A stretch of 63,810 nt of DNA, filler included, from 14 parts of 14 records of this genome joined end to end with filler, not necessarily neighbours in it, one strand, 5' to 3'. Numbered from the whole stretch's first letter, positions 46,856 through 60,055 are shown. Translations and numbers: made by a program. Notes: a model not told the origin generated them from the letters alone.

Positions 46856-49800
46856 AGTGCCAGGCATCACGGGGGTCCAGCCCACGCGGTGCTGCGCGAT
46901 GTAGGTGCAGGAGGCGGTGGGCCAGGAGCGCTCCGAAACAGCTCTGTGCCTGGGTGTACGAGGAGACGTACCTACATTCGACCTTTGCGGATCAATTGGC
47001 CACCATTTGAATGCTCTCAACTGATACTTCGGTGTCACTTTCTGCCGGACAGAAAGTTTCGCTAGAGTTAGCGCCCTCGATGAGAGAATCGCGTGGGCAT
47101 TTGTTCCAGACATGCCAAAAGAGCTGACCCCAGCACAAAGCTTGATACCAGACTCAGAGGACCTCGGCCTGGACTCTTTCGTCACAGCACTAGAGGGAAA
47201 CACCACCTGAAAGCTGTCCAAGTCTAGCTTTGAGCTAACCACACAGAAGTGCAAATTCGGAGACACGCTTCGGTAACTAACCGAAAAGAGCGCTTTAAGA
47301 ACTCCCAAAATTCCAGCTGCACCCTCACTGTGACCAGCGCATGTCTTCAGTGCTCCAAGAACTAGCTGATCGTCACCAAAGGTCTTGTGTCGAGGGAGGG
47401 CTTTTAAGGCACCTGCCTCTATGGGATCACCCAGAGAGGTACCAGTTCCGTGCGCCTCGATGCTGATCCGAGTCGTATTTTCCAAATCTCGCCAGACATC
47501 AGTGAGAAGTGACAATTGCGCCAAGCCATTGGGGGCTGTCAGGGAAGCGCTTGCCCCATCCTGATTTACCCGTGTTGCACATACACTGAGGGCTGCGGCC
47601 AGGCTCGACACACCAAGGAAAGCAACAGCGACGGCTTCACCTCGTACATACCCATTAGCTGAAATGTCGAATGTCTTGCACCTGCCATCAATCGCCAATG
47701 CATGCATGCTGCACATAGCCTGGAAAGCTTCTGGACGCAGAAGGACGTTGGTGCTTGCTACAACCGCACTTGAGCAGCGGGCGAAGTTCAGACTTTGGAC
47801 AGCCGCATCTAGTGCCACGAGTGAAGAGGAACAAGCCGTCTCTACAGTCAAAGAAGGTCCTTGCAGTCCAAACACGTACGAAAGGCGCCCGGAAACAAAG
47901 GGACTACCAACACCGCTTGCCGAAAAAGCCGATATTGGGCGTGGAATAAGCAGCCATTCTACCGCAGTCAGCATGCCAATGAAAACGCCAATGTTACTAC
48001 CCTGAAGAGATGATCGTGACATGTTGCCTGCACTGAAAACGTCATGAGTACTCTGCAACAGCAAGCGCTGGTGTGGATCAAGGCCAGCTGCTTCAGTTGG
48101 CGAGACATCAAACAGTGCCTGATCGAATTGCTCTACCTTGTCCAAAAAGTACCCTTGCTTAACATAAATATCTGATGGGTCGAGTCCAAAGTCGCATCTT
48201 GGTTCTGGGAAGTTCTGTGCGCATTCGCTGCCGTTTAGCAGCAATGGACCCAGCTCTCTTCCAGAATCAAATGAAGAAGGCACGGGCATGATGCTCGCAG
48301 TGCTGATAACGAGTACGCTGCAGTTTGCGGAGCAAGCTGTCGCAGGTGGAGTCGATTGTCTTGTTTTGCAAGCGTGTCTGTCAAATGAACAGACAAATGC
48401 AGCTATGTCATCGATGCAAGGGTAGTTGAACACAAGAGTTGGTGGCATCTTAATCGCAAATGTAGTTGACAGAGACTTACTCAGGTGCACAGCTTGTATG
48501 GAGGTCATGCCTGCCGCAAAAAGACGGGACTTTGATCCAATTTGTGGATGTTGCAGCAGACGTTTTACTTCCTGTGTCACAGCTGTACGCACATGACCTC
48601 GATCCCCGAGCAGAGGAAGGCACATCTGCCTCTCTCTGTCACCGTTCAGAGCCGGAGCGCTTCTCGGCCTCTGGTTACCGGCTTGGCTGAGGATGAGGTG
48701 AACATTTGGTGCTCCTCCAGCCGCATGACCATGCACGGATCCAATCTGGGAGTTTGGCGGTCCTACCAGCTGCTGCCCTCTGGTTGGCACTGTGAGTAAG
48801 CCTGGGGCTCCCTCGAGTAGGTCGATGGGGGTGGTATGATGCACGACTGGTGTGGTGCAACCATGCTCAAGCTGAAGAACTGCTTTGATCAGCGCAATGA
48901 GACCAATTGTGAACGAGGCATGTCCTAAATTTCCATTGAAACCCCCAATGACAAGTGGTGAAGAACGGTCGTGACAGAGTGTTGCCAACATTGCCGACAG
49001 TTCTATGTAGTCACCAACAGGGTCCCCATTCGCGACCATTTCGACGAAATCGATGTCACCTGGAGCCATTCCGCAGACCTCAAGAGCATTGTGGACTGCA
49101 CACTCTTCCGCAGACTGGTCTGGAAAATTAGTAGGCATGTCTTTGTCGTTGTAAGAGATGGCAGACCCTTCGATTAGTGCACGAAAAGCCAACGAAGAAA
49201 CACCTTGCATGTGCAAGACTACGGCAGCACAGCCCTCGGCAAAAACTAGCCCGTCTGCATTTACGTCGAAGGCACGAACCGTCCCTGACTTTGATACTAA
49301 ACCGGAGTGGTCTTCCCACCAACAGCTTTCAAATAACGAGGCTCCGGCAACAAGGGCCCATTGACAGCTTTGGCTCGTAATCTCCTTACATGCTGTGTGC
49401 AGAGCAAGATGTGACGCCGTCGTACCACAGTTAAAGTGCTTCCATACCTTGCAACCAGGTAAGTCCAGCTTTTTAGCTAGTTCCAGAGCTAGTTGATCTC
49501 CGGTATGGTGACTGGCTGTAAATACACCACTGTCTCCAGGAAAGTTGTAAGCTTCACTCGAAGCCAGCACCTTCTTTGCAACATTGAGCATGCACTTGGT
49601 ATGGGTACCGTTCCTGTCAACGTGTTCTTCAAGGTATCCGCCACAGCCGGCTGTGGGCATAGCTTGGGACAAACAGTCTGGAGGCTGAGTTGCGATGTAG
49701 CTATCTTTATTGACCAGTGCTTGCCATAGCTCGTCGGGTGAATGTATGCCTCCTGGAAGATGACAGGCCATGGAAACAACGCCGATCGACCCGCATCTCA

Positions 49801-52800
49801 GCCTCATCATTTCCGCTGACTTGGCATCTACGTTCAAGTCTGTGGATGTTGTACTTAGAGCCTCTGCTTGCGTAGCTCCATAGGATCCTCCACAGAGCTC
49901 ATCTAACTTGGAAGTCAGTGTATGAATGGTAGGGTGGTTAAATATAATCGTTTGCGGCAGCTTTGGTCCGATCTTCTTTTGTAGTATATAACGGAGCCGA
50001 ACTGCACCCAGTGAGCTCAACCCAGATACCATTAAGTCGTTGTCGACACCAACAGGGGACCCGATCAGTGTGGCGAGCGTTTTCATCACCAGCGTAGCTA
50101 AGCTTTGCGTGGCCCCTAGCTGGCTCTGCTCAGCTTCGGTATTTGCCTGACACAGGTGAGCCAGTCTCGATCTGTCTATCTTGCCTGCCGAGTTGAGCGG
50201 CCATTGTGCCAGCATGGTGACCACTGTTGGTACCATGTACGCAGGTAGCATAGACTTACACTCCTCAGTAATAACATGCCCACAGTTCCCATCTGAGAGT
50301 ACGTAAGCAGCCAGCTGATCAGTGCCTTTACGCATGACCAGTGCATCCTTGACTCCGCTAACTCGGTTGATAACTGCCTCGATTTCACGTACCTCTACTC
50401 TCTGACCATTAAGTTTGAACTGGTAATCTAATCGGCCGAGAAATTCGACAGAACCACTGGCTAACCAACGAGCACGGTCTCCGGTTCTGTATAAACGTTG
50501 CCTTCCGTTGTAGACAAAATTTTCGAGGGTGAGATCCATGCGCCCGATGTACCCACGTGATAGCTTAGGGCCTCCCAATAGGAGTTGCGCAGGAACTCCA
50601 AGAGGGACAGGCTGATTGCGTACATTCAACACGTAGGATACAGAGCCTGGCATCGGACTACCTATTGGTACGATTGACCAGTCCTGCACACCCTGCCTTC
50701 TTGGCAGAGTGCATTTGAACATGTGCGTGTCAACTGTGGATTCCGCAGGCCCATATCGATTAAACACTTCCACATGCGGGTGGTCTATTCCAATCAGCTC
50801 AACGAGCGCAGATGGCGGCGTCTCTCCACTAAGATAAAGCATTCGTAGTGTGAGCGGCAGGGCTTGCCCTCCAACCACTTCCAAGTAGACAGCCAGAGGG
50901 CTAGGCACAAGATGTGTGAAAGTCACCGACTCCGCCTCCATGAGTTCCTGAAGATACGATGGTTGTACCAAAGAAGTTGGTTTTGCTATCACCAGAACAG
51001 CACCAGAAGTTAGAGTGAACCAGACCAATCCAACAGAGGGATCAAAGGTGAACGAAATGCTGTACAAGACAGAGTCTTCGTGCAAAAGATCGAGCTGTGC
51101 GTTAGTAGATGCCACCAAGCAGACCAGAGAACCATGTTCCACCATCACGCCCTGCAGAAACAACTCAAATTACAGTGTGGCCAGACACAAAGAGGGACGT
51201 AGATCTACTATTCGCAAGTACAATCACTATCCAGGGCAAAGGTTGTACATGTGCTGTGTTACCTTGGGCACCCCGGTGGACCCAGACGTAAAGAGCACAT
51301 ATGCCAAGCCGTCGGGAGCTCCGGGCAAAACTCTACTTAAGTCTACATCTTTGCGCTTAGGAATCCGGCCTACAGCTGTATCTTCTACAGTCATCCATGG
51401 GATAGAGAGCCTTTCCGTCCACATCGACACTCGTGCAGAAAACCTGCGCTGCGTGGCAATACTGAAACACTGACATTGTACCAGCAAATAAAGAATGCGC
51501 CCATCCGGCAGCTTTGGGTCAAGTGGCATATATGCGGCTCCAGCTCGCATGACGCCGACCATTCCACAGACCTCTTCGGTGGACTTCTCGATACACAAAG
51601 CTACTATCCCGTCTCGAGGAATCACACCATCCTGCATGCAACCCTCCAAGTCGCGTGCAACGTATGAACTTCGAGTGTCAAGGTCGCAATAGCTCACTCT
51701 TTCGCCTTCAAACCCTAACGCAACTGCATTACAGGTTACAGAGGAGTCCATCATGGTGAGTACTGTGGACGACGTGGTGCTTGGTGCTGCTGTGGCATTC
51801 CATCGGTGGACTACTTCGAGTTCTAGCGAGGGTTGGCAGAGCAGAGAGGTCAGCCCAGAAGTGCTAGTTCCAACCGTCTCCATCAGCTGTGAAAAGTATT
51901 GAAACATTCTCGACCCAGAGATACCTCCAAACACAGCGCTGTCCATGTCCCAACCAAATTGCAATGTTCCATTCCAGTCGTTGAACTGAAAATCCAATGC
52001 CACGTGTGTTGTGGCACTCTGCACGTGAACGATTCGCGATCTAGTGCTTCCTAGTAAGGTGCGGTCGTGAGCCGCGGCAGATCCAAGCATGGGTGCGACC
52101 ACCACAGAGAAATGCAATTTTGAATCTTTGTGGAATTGTCGTAGCTGATTGATCACAGCAAGGCCTCCAATTTGATTATGAGCATTGTTGGTTACCCTGC
52201 GCTTAGCAAGCTGTCCAACTCGCTGCTGTATGGTTATGCCATCTGAACCATAGGATTCCAGGAGTAAGATTTCGTGGAACTCCCCAACCACTTCAGCCAT
52301 CTCTGGCGGCCTCTTGCTGCCTACCACATTGAGCGTGAAATCCTGGTCCTCCACATGCGCACGCAAGGCCTCACAGAATAATGCAATTATCAGGTCGCAG
52401 GACAATACACCACACCGCTTAGCAAGCAACTGTATTGTCTGCCATTGCTCAGGACTCACAGAGCTGTCATGTCGGGTTACGCCAGAATCAGCTCCAGTGA
52501 TCCAGCACTTTGGAAATGATGGTGGTGGTGGAATGACCTCGAGCTTGCCCTTCCAATATGCTTCTGATGAGTACCAGTCGGCACTGTGCTGTCGAGAGAC
52601 GCTGTCGTTGCAAAAAGTGCGGAACGTCGACAATACAGGGGGAAGAGACGCTGTGCCGTGAGTATAGAGGGCTGCAAGGTCGCGCGCAAGAACCTCTAGG
52701 CTGTTTCCTGTGGTGACACAATCGATGTCTATATGAAATCTCACAGTTCCACAAGGCATTCGTGTGGCCTGGACTGACCATCCTGGAAATTGTTCCACGT

Positions 52801-55800
52801 CGTATGGATACGGTAGGCTGTGAGCATTCAAACGACGAAAGTGGAGATAATCTGCACACTGGCGAGCATCTTCAAACGAAGTGATCGCAATAGTGTAGCG
52901 AGGGACCTCTGTCAACACTTCTTGGGTTCCGTCGGCACACATGCGAGCCCTGAGCATATCGTGACGCTTCACAAGACAGTCTAAGGCATCTTCAGCCAGC
53001 TTGATGTCTACGATCCCGTCTGCCTCGACTTCTATGTACATATGGGATGCCACTGTCCCTGTTCTACCAACGAGATACCCCAGCTGCAATGGAGTGAGTG
53101 GAAATTTGGGATTCTCCCACTGCATCTCTACTCCTGCTGGATCCAGGCCCTTAACAACATGTTCTGGGTGAATAGCTGTGCCCTTACCTTCACACCTGCC
53201 ACTCTGAATTTCGATACTGTCTCTCGACGGATCCCTTGAGGACTTATTATGGTCTCCTTGGGGCAAATGTGCTTGACTGAGCACAAATGCATCATCTCGG
53301 TCTAAAGCTCCAAGGTCAGCTGTTGGATGGGCGGCAAGCAGCTCAATGAGGTGCTGAAAATTAGATGCCATTTGGAATGCTTGACCTCGTGTGAACAGCT
53401 CACTGCAGTACACTAGTTGACCAACCAACCCCCCCGCATCAGTTTCGGACACGAGTAACTGGAGGTCAGTCTCGACGCCAATGTATTTATATATGTTCGA
53501 TACAACCGCCTGCACCTCGTTGGTCGTAGCGGTCACATATGGAGTTTGCATGTCGAGCGGGAGTAACTGGACAACTGTTTGGCATAACGGAGCTGCACTT
53601 CGATCGTGAGGAACACCCCTGACACAACTGACAGCTTTGACAACAGATGGCCAGGATGCATGGCGGTGCTCCAGAGCTTGCAATAATACGTGCTCAATGT
53701 GATTGATCACTTCACCCAGCAACATGTTACCACGTGAACGTATTCGAAGCGCTACCATATTGCTTAAGTTTCCTACAGTGGCTCGGAACCAGGAATTGTG
53801 AATTCGCTGATCCACCGGTACAAGAATCATGACTTCTTCTTGTTCCGTGTAATTTCGTAGCAACAGATACCATATTGCATACAGGCAAGATGACGCCCCA
53901 CCTTTGGCTTCCATGCCATGATGTTTCAAGCTTGTCCACGCTTCAGCACAGACAAACAAAGGACAGCTGCTACCAGCGCGACTGAATTGTTCTGGTCGTC
54001 TAGGGCGCCAGGGGAAAGAGAGCAGGCTCTGAGAATACTTGAGCTGCTCCTTCCAGAAAGATAAGGATCGCTCTGCCAGATACCCCTGTGCATTTTGCCA
54101 GTTGGTATAGTCAAGCTGTTGTAGCAGTGGCGGATCCCACTGGCACCTCTTTCCTGCGGCATGGACTTCGAGCGCCAGATTCAACTCACGCCGTACCATT
54201 GAAGCCGAGGCCCCATCGAATGCAACATGATGAACCACTAGAAGCAAATGGGGTGGCGTCGATGTTACTACGGTTGCACGCAGGGGAGGTTTTCCGGACA
54301 GAAGATCAAAAGAGCGGCTAATTACTTCGGAAGCCTGCTGTGGAGAGCATTCCGTCAGCTCCAAGTTCCATGATTTTAAAACCTGTTGAATGACACCCTG
54401 TGTTCCAAGTGTATATGCAGTCCGCAGGACGTCGTGGCGCTCGACGATAAATTGCACTGACCTACGTATCGAAGTCATTGTATGACGATGACCCAGGTTA
54501 TGAATCCACACCGGTATATTAAAAGCGCTCGCATCAGGTTCTGAAGCTTGCAACGTGAAGAACTGCTCTTGCTCGTCTGAGAGGGGTCCTATGCCTTCTG
54601 TGTTTCGTATCCTTTCGAATTCTTCCACCGGTGCAACAGAAGATTCCAACAACGTAAGGCCATAGCTGTGAGCATCCGACATGATTGGATGCTCTGTCAG
54701 TGCCGCATTGACATCGGGCAAATTGATGATGTGGGCAGCAAGCTGCCCCAAGGTTGGGTAATCGAACACAAGAAGTGCTGAAAGGTGCATCTTTAACGCC
54801 TTTGAGACCGCTTGAACAAACCTTGCTGCCATTGCAGAGACGAGGCCCATGTGTGCCAGAGAATCATCCAATTCTACAAACCGACCGGTTTGTGCCTTTA
54901 CTTGTAAAATCAACAGAGCGTGGAGTGCTGTTATTGCGTTTTTGGGTGAGTACACCTTCAACAGCTTGCTCAAGGTAGCTCTACGCTCATCAGTTTCGCT
55001 GACAGAACAAGTCGCATGCTCCAACGACTGGCTTGAACGCATCTCCTTCTGAATTGTATCAGGTCGCTTGCTTCTGCAATCTGGAGTGCGTCGGCTAAGT
55101 CCCTCCGCCTTAAGCTGCATGTGGTTGCGTGGTGTACATTTTGCAAAACCCTGCTGTCGAAGAACCAAGTGCAAATTATACCCACTAATGGAGGTACCAC
55201 TGATGCTGCCCCAGCTCTTTGCATCATTAGATGGTAGGTGCATTATTTCAGACGTGGGCAGGCACAGGCAGGCCGTGTGTTCTATTACAGAAGCTGACTT
55301 GGTCACATTCACATGCCCAGGTACTGAGCAGTGCTGCATGAGCAGACAAGTGGTGACTAGTCCTGTGAACCCGGAAGCATACTCACTATGTCCAAAGCAC
55401 GACTTGTGGTTGGCTAAGGCTAGTTGGCCTGGCTTCTCTTCGTGTGCAAAGGCCTGGACGATGGCGTGCAGCTCCGGAATATCGCAGGGTGGGTTACCCA
55501 TGCCATGTACATGGGTCACGGCCACCAGATTAGGTTTTATGCCGGCAAGTGACAGCGCAACTGAGGCAGCATAAGCCATTGCGTTGGGGTCAGCAAAGCC
55601 AAGCGGGAACTTTGTATCAGTTCTGGTGCTTGCTGAACCCACGAGACTGATGTTCTTAGATGCTCCTATCATAGCTCCTCCTTGCAGCACCACAGCTCCT
55701 GCTGCTTCTCCAGCGATCATACCATCGGCAAGCGCCTGCCAACCCCCGTAAGTCACCGGCCGGAATGTTAACACTTACATCAAGAGGTTGCATTGATCCA

Positions 55801-56542
55801 GATCTGGATGAAAACGGCGAATGGACTCGTGGCCTGAGCAGTAATTGGACTCCACCCAAGACTGCTGCTTGGCACTGACCAGTCCTGATTCGCTCGTGCC
55901 CTTGATGTAATGCCAGATATCCACTGGAGCAGGCTGCATCTATATTGCCTAGCTCACAGTCGATGCCCAGCTGCTTAGCCAGCACACGTGGCACATAAAA
56001 TGATCCCGCAGGTGGCATTGCAAATAGTCTCACATCAACAGCTGTGAATAGACAGAGGTGGCGTTTCCTGCACGCGTCCAGGGTCCAACCTGAATTTGCA
56101 ATCGCCTTTACGGTCACATCGATTAGAACTTGCATATGCGGGTCGAACGCAGATTTGCTGTCCTGACTCGGGCTTGCGAAGGCAAAGTTAGGCAGAAATG
56201 CTCCCACTGTAATCCCTTCAGAACTCACAGCCTTGTGTCTGTAGTGTTGCGGGATAGCGTAGGTGATGCAACAGCGTTGTGTTGATAACGTACGCCACAA
56301 ATGATGAAGACCAGTGCCTTCTCCTGGGACCATACAGCCCACCCCGGCGATAACACTCAAACTTTCAGTTGGACAGTGCCTTGTTATAGAGTCCACTGCA
56401 GCATCTAAGCTGCTTCCACCTTGCATACCTCCTGTCTCCTGAGCCAATGATTTGAGAAAGGCTGTCAGCTGAGAAACTGTCGGGTGATCAAACAAGAGTA
56501 GTGACGACAGCGGCACTTGGAGGGCTTGCGATAGTTGACTCC
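46856..56542 (-). CDS. Hybrid modular PKS-NRPS, internal fragment: (ACP)-KS-ACP-C-Cy-A-PCP-KS0-ACP-KS-(DH); no AT domain; 2 introns
   Basis: KS DAACSSG/HGMG/GHSE; ACP GLVS; C domain HHVAFDG (about 54230); Cy FPLTPLQLGYLVGR (about 53100); A domain YVLFTSGSTGVPK, NRYGPAE, YRTGD, NSAGKIDR; PCP GLSSL; KS ETACSSSL/EAHGTGT/GHSEGAAG; DH HRVGWTPVMP. Introns 55736-55778 and 51152-51262 join the three ORFs. Confidence 0.93.
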
Positions 56543-56838
56543 NNNNNNNNNNNNNNNNNNNNNNNNNNNNNNNNNNNNNNNNNNNNTTAATTAATTAANN
56601 NNNNNNNNNNNNNNNNNNNNNNNNNNNNNNNNNNNNNNNNNNATTAAACTAATGATTTTTCGCAAAAAAAAACCACAAGCACTGGTCAGTTAACCAAGGA
56701 CATGGAAACCAACGGTTACACAACAGATTTCATGCCGTGAACGTGAGGTAAAAACAAGTCACACCAGTTAAACGCAAATGAAACTGGGGCAACCAGCCGC
56801 CTTCTCCCGCAGGTGGGCCCGTACTGCCCGTCACCAGC

Positions 56839-57990
56839 ATGCTGCTCCACCTGCTGCTGCTCTCCAGCCTCCCCCTGGCCGCCCCGGTGGCCTGCCCGCT
56901 CCCACCGACGCTCTGCCTCGAGAACGCCACCCGGTCCGACTGGGGGCCGGTGCCGCTGGCCACCGGGCTGGCCTACCTGCGACAACTGCTGCAGCAGGCA
57001 GTGGTGGTGGAGCATAGCACTATCCCCCTGTACCTGACCGCTCTCTATTCGATTCACAATGGCTCGTCCCCAGCCGCCGCGGCCATACGAGGGGTGGTGA
57101 TCGAAGAGATGCTTCACATGACTACCGTGTGCAACTTGCTGAACGCGGTGGGCGGTTCACCTGCAATCGATACGCCCGAGTTCATACCGCGCTACCCTGT
57201 GGAGATCCCGCTGATCAAGCAAGTTGCCGGGATCAGCAGATTTGACCGCCAGTCAGTCCGGCAGTTTGTGCAGATAGAACTGCCGCCAACCGGGCACAAG
57301 TCGATACTGGGCTGGTATGAATACTGCGCAATGCTGCTCAAAGCGCTTTGTGTGGAGCACGGCGAGGCGCGCGTCTTCACTGGCAACTCTGCTCTCCAAG
57401 TGAGCATCGCTGCTCATGTGAGCTCTTCGAGTGAGCTCGCTCAGCCTATCCTTGGGCTGGATCAGGCGGTGGCAGCCTTGAATGGCGTGGCCGAGCAAGG
57501 AGGCGGCTGCCCGGTCCCAGGCGACAAGCAAGACGCCCAGCCTGATGCTGGGCCGCTAGGAGGTGGTCTGGCACATTTCGCTAGGTTCACTGAGATTCTC
57601 GAAGAGAGAGAGTTTGCACCCGGCGACACTGCCAGCACCGGCCCCACAGGTCGGGCCCGGCCGACCGATTGGGAGCATGTCTATCGGTTCTCTCCAAACC
57701 CGCGCCTGGGAGCGTTGGAGCCTGGCACGATCGAGCATAGGCGGAGCCTCCTTTTTGCCTCCAATTACACCCAACTGCTGGTGAAGCTGCACACGGCCTT
57801 CAACGGTGCGCCAGAGACAATCATGCAGACAGTGGGTCAAATGTACGCACTGCGGGGTCTGGCGGTGCAACTGATGCAAACTCCAGACCCTCGGCGACCT
57901 GGTTGGGGCCTCGGACCACCTTGGGAGTATGTGGCTCATGCGTCTGAGTTTGCAAGGCGATCCGCTCGGCGATTAGATGGGTCGCGATAG
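56839..57990 (+). CDS. Secreted ferritin-like protein of the VioB/iminophenyl-pyruvate dimer synthase C-terminal type
   Basis: LQQAVVVEHSTIPLYLTALYSI...GVVIEEMLHMTTVCNLLNAVGGSP, F.QIE.P, EQGGG, AHFARF; N-terminal signal peptide; intronless. Confidence 0.85.
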   Translation: MLLHLLLLSSLPLAAPVACPLPPTLCLENATRSDWGPVPLATGLAYLRQLLQQAVVVEHSTIPLYLTALYSIHNGSSPAAAAIRGVVIEEMLHMTTVCNLLNAVGGSPAIDTPEFIPRYPVEIPLIKQVAGISRFDRQSVRQFVQIELPPTGHKSILGWYEYCAMLLKALCVEHGEARVFTGNSALQVSIAAHVSSSSELAQPILGLDQAVAALNGVAEQGGGCPVPGDKQDAQPDAGPLGGGLAHFARFTEILEEREFAPGDTASTGPTGRARPTDWEHVYRFSPNPRLGALEPGTIEHRRSLLFASNYTQLLVKLHTAFNGAPETIMQTVGQMYALRGLAVQLMQTPDPRRPGWGLGPPWEYVAHASEFARRSARRLDGSR

Positions 57991-58205
57991 TTGTTGTGCT
58001 CAAGTACTTATGGATCCGGGCGAGAGAGTGAAGTCACCGAAAATCGAATATATGAGCTTAATCTAAAGTTCCCGACTGCCGTTCAACTAATTACTTGGCA
58101 TATTCAAATCTATAACGATTTTAACTCTCTGTTTCAATTACAAGTCATGCTAGTTCAGTTGGTAGCTCGGTGATTCGGCTACAGGCGGTCCATAGGCGGG
58201 CCAGG

Positions 58206-59976
58206 TCATGAACGATTCACTAGTCTACACTAGTCAGATGCTATTGCCTCTGCAAAACCGGTCGAGAACTTTGTCAGCCGCCACCCTCGGAGAGGCGTCG
58301 CCATGCCATAGTTGCGGCATCAGCCCCTCGAGCACCTGGCACGAGCGTAACGCACTAGCCGCCTCATTAATGATTCAAAATGCCTTGTTTTGCTCGATGA
58401 AAGCCAACAGCCTGCGCCACAGCCTTTCAGCGCCGAAGGTCGGTTATCATATTAGTACAACTATACATTAGCACGAACCGGTCGGCCACGCCACTTTCGA
58501 GCTCTCTGACCAGCCAAGCCTGAGACGGAAGCCATCAGAGCGCTACATGTTTCAGGCTCACCCTGAGCTGCTGCTGCCGCCGCTCATCCCATGCCCCGCT
58601 CTCCTGCCGGCCAATCAAGGCAGCTGCTAAGGCCGTTAATCGACGGCTGTGGTACACGAAAGCCCAGCCGGCACCTGGCTGCGCTGCTTGAACCTCAGCA
58701 TCGCCTCCCAGGCCGCCTAGCAAGCCCAAATCAGACAGCCATACATACTACTAGCTCGGCAGCATGGCGGACCGCTAAAGTATATTTAGACTGCTTGCAG
58801 CCCTTACGAGGCACCTCCGTGCTTGTCTCCTCTGCCTCTTCCCCCCGCACGGTCGTATGACCCCTCACCTCTGCCTAAAGCCCCAGCGCTCACTCGCCCG
58901 CCAGCCGATCACACACCTGCCAGAAGCTGTGCTTGGGCCGGTGCAGCTGCAGCGCCCGCGTCAAGTCAGCCTGTCACAAGTCAGCCCCAACCGCCACCGT
59001 CCACGACCACTGCGTGGCGGGCAGGCCGGGCCAGCGTTCCGTCACATTTGGTCACCAGCACCTGGACACGCCTGAATTGCCGTTCTGATAATAGCGCAGG
59101 GCCGCACCAGGTCCGCAACCTCCATCACTCCCCGCTTGATGCCCTGCAGTTCGTCGCCCGCGCCCTGCATTAAGTCTCGAAATCACCCAATCAGAGCACG
59201 TGACCGGAGGGTGGAGCAGCACAAACATGTCCGTGATCCCCTCGGCCACCAGCTCGCCTGGGACTATTCAAATCGGCCATTTGAATTCGAATTCACCTTG
59301 GCCGACTCCCACAGTCTCCACCAGAACCACATCATACCCCCTGGCGATGCAATCAAAACAAACCATAACCACCCCCACCCGGCCTCGCACAGCCCTATCG
59401 TCTCAAACGTGTGCCGGACCACCCCCCCAGCCTCCTACCACGCGCTCGGTCACCCAACAGCGGCCGGTGGTGTTGCGTCACCCCGCGGCTGGGCGACGGC
59501 CGGACGTACGCCGCCGGGTTGACGGAGAGCCTGGGCATCCGGGTCTTGTCGCCCAGGATGGAGCCCCCGGTCCGGGCCGAGGACGGGTCGATCGCCAGCA
59601 CCTGACCGTTGGAAGCTAACCCGCCGCCAGCCCGACCCGGACCGCCAGTCGGTGCCCGCGCCCGGTGAGCAGCCCTCCGAGCGCCTCGATGAACGTCGAC
59701 TTGCCGGCCCCCGGTGGGCCAGAAATTCCGATCCGGAAGGTTCCGGGGGCTGCCGCCCGCCGCTCCCGGGCCGGGGGGCCGTCGGACACCTCGGCCGGCG
59801 CCGCCCAGCTCGGCGAGTAGCGCCGCGGCCTGCACCGGCGGCTGGGGGCGGCAAAGGCAGGGGCAGACCTGCTGCCGGTGTGCTGGGAGCGCCGATTCGA
59901 TCAGGGTGATCGCCTGAGCCAACGCCCGCCGCCGTCCCGCCCGCAGCCCTGCAGCGAGTCCTGCCACTCGGTGCAT
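58206..59976 (-). CDS. MMAA: MMAA/MeaB GTPase chaperone of methylmalonyl-CoA mutase, many introns
   Basis: [13 protein letters not shown], spliced [67 protein letters not shown]. Confidence 0.93.
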
Positions 59977-60055
59977 GACCGTGATTGCCCGTTGATTTTC
60001 CCCGAGCCAGCCTCTCCCAAGAGCCTTCAGAGAGCCTTCTGCGCTTTCTGATGGC

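Noticed and set aside
46856-56542. PKS-NRPS contig as a bacterial contaminant because of its lower GC
   Set aside because: It carries two spliceosomal-type introns, one within the host's 35-50 nt size class, and its composition matches distal parts of other long genes here.
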